Below, one piece after another: positions 38,101-47,661 of a stretch of DNA of 64,000 nt. The first letter of the stretch is position 1. Each line of letters begins with the position of its first letter. The DNA is from Amphiscolops sp. MND2022 (lineage: Eukaryota). The notes below the pieces were generated by a model. The model did not search any database and had not been told where the DNA came from. It was given only the letters and a program-made list of their open reading frames with translations. The DNA lies in the NCBI GenBank assembly GCA_964187785.1, contig OZ076417.1, positions 16,306,001 through 16,370,000 of the forward strand, written 5' to 3'. The position numbers were made by a program, and so were the translations under genes.

Positions 38101-40306
38101 TGCTTTGTGTAGCTACACAGCGATTGCAGTCGTTGGAAACAATTTTGCGCAGATTGCAGTTTTCCCCTTTCTCGCATGTTTGTACACTATGCAGCTTTGA
38201 AGTAGCGGCGGGATAGAGGGCCTCTTTAGATGTCAAAAAATGAGGAAAGTATCCTTTTTTCAATTCCTTGAGATTGAACGTTGTGGGAAATTTTGATAAA
38301 GGTATCGGGATGAAAAGATAAGAATTTTTCCCCACACGCATTGACACAACCTTGTTACCTCTGAGCAAAATTTTGGGAACATATTTGTGTTGTTTGTAGA
38401 GCCATTCCAGGATTGAAAGGAAATCGAACCCACTGCCAAAATGGGCAATAAACCATTCAGTTTGACGAACCCTTTCAACACTAGCAAAAACATCCTCATA
38501 AAAATCGTTTATACTATCGTAGCCACAGTAAATAACTTCATCACCTGTCAGAGACTCTGCTGCCAGTAGAATTGGTTTATGTAGCCCTCCATTGCCACAA
38601 CTCTGGTCAGTTTCTATGTCAAAAACCCAAATTTTGTCATCCGAGGGAGCTCGTGCAAAGTTGTTTGCTGGCTGGTCACGGGACGTAACAGTACCATCGT
38701 CATCGACTGGAGCGTTGCTCATTTTCCTGCGTTTGATTTGCGTCATCGGATCTTCTTTCTCAACTTCTTCACGATAATTCTCTCCGCCCAATATTTCACA
38801 GTAAGGAAATTCGTTACTGGTATCACCATCCGGTATTTCTCGCTCTATACATCTCTTCGGTTTTTGTACAAAACATTGATGTTCCGATGAAGGCGAAGAG
38901 GTGTTTTTACGGTCTGACAATGAGTAATGAACGGAGCATGTAGAACAGCGTTTTTTGAGCAAATATGATTGGAGAATGCTCGCTTAGGTACAGTATTGTC
39001 GCATGTAGGGCACAAAGTGTACAAATGACACACCCCAGAGGTAACATGGCAATCCAGACACTTTTGGCTTCGTACCTTTAGCCTGCATCTATCATACTGG
39101 AAAACCGGTGATTGGCGAGGGGTCTTTGACAAGTCATTGGACAATGTAGTCCAATTGAGCGGCGAAAGGTTGATGAAACCGGTCCTATTGAGACAGCCAG
39201 ACTGCCGACACAGCAAACAACCACTGGCAGAGCACAAATGCTTCACTGTGGAAAAGGCCTTGTGACAACTGTAACAGTAGTGGCGAGCATCGAATAGTCC
39301 TTTCATTGAGGTAACTAAATCTACATGTCTGTTTTGAGCATCATACAAAAAGTCGATATTCTGCTGTGCTTCCTGATTATAACATCTAAGGAAAGTGCCC
39401 ATAAAGTTGCTATCGTAAACAGATAAACATAAGTCTTTCAACACTTGCGACAGACAAAAATTCTAAATCTTGTAGAGCAAGAGGTTTACCAGAAGCAGGA
39501 GAGATTTGAGCTGTCTGATAGTGAAGCAACCCAGTAGAGAAGTCGTCAAAGGCAGAGGTGGGAAGTCTTTTCGAGGAAGCACCACCGGCCAAAATTGTCT
39601 GCAATTCGTCTTGGGGGATGCTTGGATCAGATTTCAGAAGGGTTATCAAATGCTGCATTTCACGCGTTTGCACGGAAGCCCGATCCAGGCGCAAGTTTTT
39701 TTGTCGTTTTTCTTTTATTAGAAGGCCGGGGAGATCGCTCCTTAACTTTGATGCCAATTGCTATGGCCCGCAAAAGACAATCGTTCTGGTCACTTTTGAT
39801 TACAATTATTGACTTCTTTTGTTTTGTGAAGAGCTTGATATCGGGAACAGTCCTGCTCTGTATGCCTCCAAAGCGGTTTCCGCCCATTGTTGGTAAAGAA
39901 ACACTCAAAACGGTGACTTTGTTGTTGCTAATATTGTTGACAAAACTTTTTTGTTGACAAAATTGTTGCTAATATCAAATGACTCGTTGAAATTAACGAC
40001 CCTGTCAATTTCATCGAGAATCAGTTCGGCGTTGAAATCCGCCACGGACGAGAATGGGATATGAATAGGATAGTTGAGATTAGGCGCATTCAATACCAAT
40101 CGAATTCTGTGTGAATGACCAGAAAGATCTTGCTGTATCTCAGATATCAGTTTGTTGATGAGGTGGTTGAAAATTTCTTTGATTCGATCCAGCACACTTT
40201 CAATGTCCGTGAAGTACACTTCATAGTCTCTGCTGGCCGCTCGCAACAGACTACGTCTCTGTGGCATTCGATTTACACAATAGTACTGCTCAGGATTGAA
40301 CCCCAT
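35150..40306 (-). pseudogene. polB: Protein-primed DNA polymerase B (pPolB), multiple frameshifts
   Basis: N-terminal RIRLVL..PNL.YPIHIPF and NDCLLRAIAIG; ExoI VFDIET; ExoII AHFGSGFDF; KGYFPHF; ExoIII YCQPDV; VSR-like KVDG...EF..CYFHGCPSC; RDAFFGGRTE; YVDVCSLYP; AKILLNS; GLGEMTDE; KVKGVTL. Confidence 0.95.
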
Positions 40307-40464
40307 GGCATAATCTGCAACAAACGCAAAGCAACAAGAACTAAACGTGTCACAGCAGCAATTAAAACTACTGTAAGATTGATGAAGATTCCAAATAGTA
40401 AAAAAACAAAATCAACAACATAAATTATATGAAGAAGGTATTTAAATAAATGGTCCGGAAACAA
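40273..40464 (-). CDS. Small hydrophobic protein
   Basis: 63-aa ORF with a long hydrophobic stretch directly upstream of pPolB. Confidence 0.3.
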   Translation of the reverse strand: MFPDHLFKYLLHIIYVVDFVFLLFGIFINLTVVLIAAVTRLVLVALRLLQIMPWGSILSSTIV

Positions 40465-40926
40465 ACTTGTATACGCAACACGTCACAGAGGGGTTAGCCT
40501 GATGAGTATAAATGAGAACAGAAATACTGTATGAAAAAATGCCTTTTTAGAAGCCAATAAGGGAATCGTAATATGAGAATTTGACCAAAATTAAAAAATG
40601 TCAAACTCAACGCACGCGCAAGAACAAACAAACCAATGTACAACAAAACATCGATCTTTAAAAGACGTTTAGTTCATGAAAAATTCATCATCATCATCCT
40701 CAGTGGTGGCTATGTTCGTACCAGTCTCACCGTTGAACATAACAAAATCTCGTTTCTCAAACAATTTTTGGTTTTCAACGTCGGCCTCGATTGTTATGTT
40801 CTCATTGTCGCCATTGGTCAAACAGTCGTCCGTGACATTTTGGGCCCGCTTCTTCGATGTGGTTGTGGTTGACCCGACTTTCGAACCATTGACCTTGGAA
40901 AAACCTTTCTTGCCAGTAGGCTTCTT

Positions 40927-41379
40927 TCAAACGTTGAGATTGACGTAGGTTCTCGGAAACCACCCGTCAGAGCTTCCTCCATCGCTCTGTTGAACTCTCG
41001 CAGATTTCACCCCTGATGATTCCAATGCCGTCTTGTCACCTAGACCAAGCAAAGCCACAAACGTAGTCAGCTCTTCAACAGTGAACAAAAAGTGACCCTG
41101 CTGCTGCCACTGGCCGCTTTGAAAATCGGGTTTGAATAGTCGCAGCCCGATGTAAGTCGCAGTTGTCATCTCCGAAGAGAGGTTGTTTGGGTAGCACTTC
41201 ACTCCGATTCTAACCCAGCGATTATGCGACTTGGCAATGTCCCACCATTTGTCGTGGCTGGACTCGTCTTGCTCCGGTGAGATTCGCCAGGAAGACACAC
41301 CAGATTTTGCATTGTTTCCAACAATACCCAGAGTCTTCTTCTGGGAGCGCTTACGTACAACACTGTTCAACCAATTCAT
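40927..41379 (-). CDS. Hypothetical protein, possibly PC4-like ssDNA-binding fold
   Basis: Intact 150-aa ORF; pattern NRWVRIGV...YIGLRLF...W...FLFTVEELTTF resembles PC4/Whirly beta-sheet plus helix. Confidence 0.5.
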   Translation of the reverse strand: MNWLNSVVRKRSQKKTLGIVGNNAKSGVSSWRISPEQDESSHDKWWDIAKSHNRWVRIGVKCYPNNLSSEMTTATYIGLRLFKPDFQSGQWQQQGHFLFTVEELTTFVALLGLGDKTALESSGVKSARVQQSDGGSSDGWFPRTYVNLNV

Positions 41380-41809
41380 CTTTTTTCGTCAAAACAATGA
41401 GACTCTGAAACGGAAAGAGTACTGTGAATCTGAACTCTCAAAAATGTAGCAAAACCTGTAGTCAGCGACTTTAACAAAAAAAATTGAACTGTGATTTGAA
41501 GGGAGAAAACTTTTTGAGGCGCAACGAATACATATATAGTTTGCTGCGTTTCGGACAGAATGGGAGAATCAATTTCAAGACTCCAACTATTTTATGTCTT
41601 TTGCCAAAAAACCTCTAGACTGTATAGGTGACAAAATCCAAAAAAAAAAAACAGGACCGATTACAAACATTTTATTGATGAAGACTGATTCTTTCTCACT
41701 CCTTGAAAAAAATACCTTGAATTTTAAGCAAATTTAAGACAATTCAACGCTTCAAAAAACATGTTACAACAAGAAAAAACTGCTATCCAGCGCAACGTTT
41801 AGTTACAAA

Positions 41810-44800
41810 TTACAGAGCTTGCGATTGCATTCTGGTAATTCTTTGGGCTTCCAAGATAGACTTCCGGGAAACCATCAGGGGATGATGTTCATCAGTGACC
41901 GTTGAACCTTTTGAACAATTCTGAAAATAGAATTTTTTCACCAGATGTTCAACAAATTCGTTGGGCCATTCACAGCTAAACAAATCGTCGGCTTGCTCTT
42001 GATACATATTCAACAGACACTCTGGCACAAGACTTGACAAGGCTTTTGGCTGATTAAAAACCTCTAATATCATCAATGATTCCGTGGTTTTGGTGAAGTC
42101 AATTCTAATCTCATAAGCGAGGTCACTTTGGAAACAGATTGTCTGCAAAAGTAATTGGTCGTTGAGGCCAAATCGCAGCACACCCTGCTCAAAATCGACA
42201 ATGAGAAGAAATTCGAATATATTCTCTTCGTTATTGCTATTGAGCCAAATGGTCTCCAGTTTCTCTAGGCAGTTGTTTGGCAAGAAAATAAGAGTATCGT
42301 TTTCAACCAACTGCATTCCTCCAACATCCCAGTAAAATTTGATAAGGAACCCATCGTTGACGGATTCTACCGGCAGGCTGCTCAGACCAATAATGAAGCG
42401 TGTTTCCCCGACCAGCAAAGATGGGAAATCATTGATCTTCGCGAGAAGCTTGACGACCCTGACGGCTACATTGCCATTGAGGTTGTAGAAAATTATATCA
42501 GGAACTGTGACATCATGATTGAAGATCCCATCGTCACTCCAATCATCGTCCGAATCCGAATCGCCGGCGGGGAAATCTTTTTCAATTGCATCGTAGTCAA
42601 TACCAAGGACCAGATTGTCGAATGGTCGCTTGTAGTGATAGTCCATTACCTCGTATTTTTTCCATTTTATTGGCTTCACGTCCGTGTTAGATCCGAGAAA
42701 ACCTCGGTAAACGTGATTGACGTCCATGTCAATTGATTGACCGGGAGAAAAAACGTTGCTGTAGTCTTTCACTATAGCGCTGTAACCAAGGAAAATATTT
42801 GTGAACTGCACGACGTACGGCGTGAGGACCACAACGTTGAGACTTGACCGTCGACCTCTCCGAAAATAGTCGTATAGAAGTTGAAAAGCGTCCAGCTGCT
42901 TTCGGAACTGTATCTCCTGAACAAACAGAAAGATCATGTCAATTTACAATATCTACAATCATAGTCTGTAACTGTTTTATTACTAAAACTACTGATTTCA
43001 AATGAAGGTCCTGTTAGTCCAGTGGATACTGATTGGGCCGGATAATGTCGACAGAGTGTTCAGTGATGAAGGTTTGAACCACTGCCAGAGTCGAGGTTCA
43101 ACTTTCTGGAATAGATACCACTGTGATTGTTGATGTTTCGCATCACCTTGCCTTCCCAAGAGGCAGGCGACAATGTCTAGCGAATCATCATGGCCACGAA
43201 ATTAACAAGACTTTTTTTGTGCTTCAACATTTGATTGCCCAGGGAGCTTGGCAAATAGAAAAACTATCCGACCACCCACTGGGTCGTGACACAAGTCCTA
43301 CGTACGTGTGTGCACTTGTATTGTACATTGGCAATGCGCAAACAACAAAAAAACAACATTGCCCCATTGCCCAGGGAGCTTGGCAAAAGGAAAAAAAATC
43401 CGCGCGACGCGGATTTTCTCCGGCCACCCACTGGGTCGTGACACAAGTCCTACATACGTGTGTGCACTTGTATTGTACATTGGCAATGCGCAAACAACAC
43501 AAAAACAACAATGCCTCATTGACCAGGGAGCTTGGCAAAAGGAAAAAATAAAAATCCACGCGACGCGGATTTTCTCCGGCCACCCACTGGGTCGTGACAC
43601 AAGTCCTACATACGTGTGTGCACTTGTATTGTACATTGGCAATGCGCAAACAACACAAAAACAACAATGCCCTATTGACCAGGGAGCTTGGCAAAAGGAA
43701 AAAATAAAAATCCTCGCGACGCGGATTTCCACCGGCCACCCACTGGGTCGTGACACAAGTCCTACGTACGTGTGTGCACTTGTATTGTACATTGGCAATG
43801 TGCAAACAACACAAAAACAACATTGCCCCATTGACCAGGGAGCTTGGCAAAAGGAAAAAATAAAAATCCGGGCGACGCGGATTTTCTCCGGCCACCCACT
43901 GGGTCGTGACACAAGTCCTACGTACGTGTGTGCACTTGTATTGTACATTGGCAATGCGCGAACAACACAAAAACAACATTGCCCCATTGACCAGGGAGCT
44001 TGGCAAAAGGAAAAAATAAAAATCCGCGCGACGCGGATTTTCTCCGACCACCCACTGGGTCGTGACACAAGTCCTACGTACGTGCGTGCACTTGTATTGA
44101 ACATTGGCAATGCGCAAACAACACAAAAACAACATTGCCCCATTGACCAGGGAGCTTGGCAAAAGGAAAAAAAATAAAAATCCGCGCGACGCGGATTTTC
44201 TCCGGCCACCCACTGGGTCGTGACACAAGTCCTACGTACGTGCGTGCACTTGTATTGAACATTGGCAATGCGCAAACAACACAAAAACAACATTGCCCTT
44301 TTGACCATGGAGCTTGGCAAAAGGAAAAAATAAAAATCCGCGCGACGCGGATTTTCTCCGACCACCCACTGGGTCGTGACACAAGTCCTACGTACGTGTG
44401 TGGTTTTGTATTGTACATTGGCAATGCGCAAACAACACAAAAACAACGATTTCCAACAAGTCAACTATTGTGTGTGCCTCAGATTTGCCAAAAAAGATCA
44501 AAAAAAACTTTATCGAACTTTTCGTACCTTCGTTACAACAAGATATTCTATTAACGTGGCTTTTTTTGTTTCTTTTTTTTTCAAATTGATTGTGCAACTT
44601 GACTTTCGTTAAAGATTCGAATTTTCGCGAAGTAAACACCACAGTTGCTTGAAGTATGCAAATAAAAAAAACTGTCAAAAATATGAATATTGCTTCAACA
44701 TACCTGGGACATTGAGTCCTGAGAGATCTCCGATGGATAGACTTCTTCTTCCTCTTCGTAGGGCGGCGGCAAAACAAAGATCGTGGTGGTAAGCAGAGGC

Positions 44801-45039
44801 GACTGCGAGTTGGCGTTGATGATTCTAGAATAAATAAGGTTGATTTGCAAACTCGTGAATAAATTTAATAATGAAGTTTAATGAAATTTAATAAGAATTT
44901 GTCTTCAATCCAGTAAGCAAACGAACTAATAAATAACCCACATTTCCATTTCTGGATAGTTCTGGGTGGTGGTGGCGGCGATGCTGGTGGTGGTAGCGGC
45001 GGCAGCGATGCTGGTGGTGTTGTTGTTGTTTTGAGACAT
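41810..45039 (-). CDS. Predicted spliced Polinton gene (exons 45039-44942, 44824-44704, 42916-41810; 441 aa): PPxY + SPRY-like + SOCS-box-like protein
   Basis: GT-AG introns with matching phases: AT|GTGGGT...TTATTCTAG|A and CAG|GTATGT...TCTTTCTGTTTGTTCAG|GAG. The joined frame is open throughout. Motifs: LPPPYEEEEE, LLIVDFEQGVLRFGLND, and PKALSSLVPECLL...WPNEFVEHL. Confidence 0.6.
43230..44450. repeat. Tandem array of ~8 x 156-bp units inside the Polinton
   Basis: The anchor CCACCCACTGGGTCGTGACACAAGTCC starts at 43272, 43424, 43580, 43736, 43892, 44048, 44206 and 44362. Most units carry the hairpin AAAATCCGCG-CGA-CGCGGATTTT or a single-base variant. Confidence 0.97.
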
Positions 45040-45461
45040 GCTATAACAGAAAAAAAACTAAAGAAGCTTGCTATTTTTGTTGATTGGGAACGGAAATTCA
45101 GTTAGAAAAATACTAACATTTGCTGCGGGATTTTGTGTAGTCGTAGAAGATTGAGTAGAAGTGTTAGCGTTGAAGAAAGAGCTGCTGTTGTTGATAAAGA
45201 GTTGATGATGCATAGTTGTGCAATTGAAAATTACAACAGATGAGTGTGTGAGCCAATTCTATTGGCCGTGAGAGCACACGAAAGTAAAAAAATGCTGCAT
45301 GTGGGAACGGCGCGGAAAAATCCGCGCTCGTAGAGCCTGCGCGGATGAATCCGCGCTCGTATAGCTTGTGCGGATGCGTGCGCAAATTAAATTAAAAGCA
45401 GCCACGCGTGTGCGTATAGGAATGAAGACTCAATTCCTTTTCAGTGATTCTTAAAAGTATT

Positions 45462-45551
45462 TGTAAAAGTGCTTGTGTTAAATTTTAATTGAATTTATAT
45501 TTGGGTTAAAACTGTTCTAAGTACCTGGTTTATTTGCGGCTGTATTCTTCT
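45462..45551 (-). repeat. Right terminal inverted repeat of the Polinton
   Basis: Reverse complement reads AGAAGAATACAGCCGCAAATAAACCAGGTACTTAGAACAGTTTTAA, matching the left TIR. Confidence 0.95.
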
Positions 45552-46212
45552 AATGGTTTCTTTTCTGGAACTCGGTGTTAAGTCTGTTTAGTGATTCGAA
45601 AAAAATCTTGCGACAACGGAAAAACATTATCTCTTCCCTTCAACAGAACAGACAAATCGCGACACAATTTATGAACGATCATGTCGCGATTACGCTAAAA
45701 TCTTACTATTGATAATGTCACGATTCGTACAACGACTGACATGATGTCGTAGTAAGATCTTACTACTTACTGTATAATTGAGTTTGTATAATTTGACCAA
45801 AGCGCTCGAGTAAAGTTGCACCGTAGAGACAACACATATACCAATGCACACTTGTAGATTGAATCAAGTTATACGTTGAAGCTGCACTAGCTGCTTTGTT
45901 TTTGTTTCACAGTTTGAATTATATTTGAGCACCTGGCTATTTGTTCAGAAAATGAACGTGCTTCAAAACTGCACACAAGGTTGTGTATATTTGAAAAGAA
46001 GAAATTTTTGAATAACTCTACTCATGTTTTAGCTGCACGGTAACTTTAGATTCCTTATATACAGCTTATTACATTCATAGTGCTTCAAAAAATTGTTCCA
46101 CATATCCTTGATTCAGATAGATACCTTAGTTCCAACCGGATTACATTCTGATCAAGTGGTGTCCTTATCAACCTCATCACTCAAATATACAAGAGTTATT
46201 CGGTTGACAGCA

Positions 46213-47661
46213 ATGCATCCTTCTTCATCAAGGTCGAATCAAGCTGGGCAACAATCAACATCTGGACAACTGGGAACCAGAGTAAACAGAGATTTGATCG
46301 AGTGCCCTATCTGTACAATGACAGTTAAAGATCCTAAGTAAGTACAAAAAACTAGAATCCACTCAAAGACCTCAGCAAAGAAGAACGTTTTTAAAGGCAA
46401 CTTACCTTTGGGAGCCCAAATACAGATTCTTTTCTGAAACCAGAATGAATTTAAAGTATTGAATTGTCAATGATAAATGGAATAGCCGTAACGTTTCCAA
46501 AAAAATGTGAGCCGTCTCCAAACAAGTTACAACAACAACTGAAAAAATGGCAGGAGAGAATACTCTAGAATCTAGATGGCCATAACTGTAATTGAAATCG
46601 GAAAAAACTTTTCAAGTGGTGGGGAAAACATTTAATCAAATGATGACGCTTTTTATCCGTTTGGTTCCTCTAAGGCTTAACACTAAAAGTTGGGTGAATC
46701 ACGTGAATCATTTATAGACGGCTACAACTATCCCAATCGTTGCATTCAAAGGCCGTACTGTTCATCAGGAGTGAATTTCCTTTATCGACCAACCTCAACT
46801 GCTACAAACCAACCTGATACATCTGGAACAAAATGATCTGGTTTCCTCGAGCAGCAGAGCCTTCAAAAACAGGCCAAGATTCAGCATAAGACACCTGAAA
46901 AACTTGCAATGTAGTCCGGAACATAAGTGCCAATTTATAACTCAAAACCGAAAACTTCATTGGAAACCAATTCTTGCACATTGACATGAAACAATTGGTT
47001 TTCAGGAACATTTGCATATGTTTTCAAGTATTTTTTTGCCCCAGTCATCTATACAGTGTGGGTTTCGTGTAACGGATTCAGAAGATAGACACATAGTGGT
47101 TTATATGAACACTCAAAACTAAAAGAATTTTCAAGAAGAATTGTATTAATTTTGTTTTCAAGAGGGAAATACGGAAAGAGTATCTGATTTCCCGACGAGC
47201 TCTAAAACTATTTGGACTTTCCTATTGTATCCAGTCAACATACAATAAAAAGACACAAGTTAGGTTTTCAAAGATTTTCCGGAAAAACAAAACAATGATT
47301 GATGTCACGGAGATTTGTTACGGAGATAAAAGCTTATTTTTGATGTTCTACAACAGATGTACATTTTTTCAGTCGAAATTTTTGTTTCAGAATTCTTCCT
47401 TGTGGACATAGTCTGTGTGGTCCCCAGTCCGAGGAAAATTGTTTGCTCAAATGGGAAGGACGTCAAGAAGTATGTGGGGTGATAACGTGCCCCATATGTC
47501 GAAAAAGTCATCAGGTGTGTCGCCGTAGGTGTCTATCAGACCTACAGGTCAAACCTAGTGAGCACCAGGATGAAATTGTCTTAAGCACAGGCACCACTTC
47601 AAACTCAAAAAGCGTTCAAAAAGGTATCAAGAAATGTGAATTTGTTCAAATCCGCTTTTAG
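46213..47661 (+). CDS. Host C3HC4 RING-finger (TRIM-like) gene, first two coding exons (46213-46337 and 47391-~47623/47661)
   Basis: Donor CCTAA|GTAAGT and acceptor TTTTTGTTTCAG|A are phase-compatible. They join to CPICTMTVKDPKILPCGHSLCGPQSEENCLLKWEGRQEVCGVITCPIC, a complete RING motif. Confidence 0.85.

Larger units (their letters stand above)
23644..45551 (-). mobile_element. Complete Polinton/Maverick (adintovirus-like) endogenous virus, 21,908 bp
   Basis: 5'-AG...CT-3' ends. The first 46 nt of the TIRs match with 1 mismatch. Perfect 6-bp TSD AATGGT at 23638-23643 and 45552-45557. Contains pPolB, c-integrase, ATPase, protease and major and minor capsid genes. Confidence 0.97.

Noticed and set aside
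43230-44450. CRISPR-like array
   Set aside because: Whole units are near-identical with no unique spacers, there are no cas genes, and the context is eukaryotic.
43123-44464. Long ORFs (142-388 aa) with 52-aa repeats on both strands
   Set aside because: They are by-products of a 156-bp (multiple of 3) tandem array. Several frames are open at once and poly-A slips switch frames, so there is no support for coding.
45310-45327. E2F binding sites
   Set aside because: TTTTCCGCGC only approximates the TTTSSCGC consensus, so it was kept as an unassigned motif.
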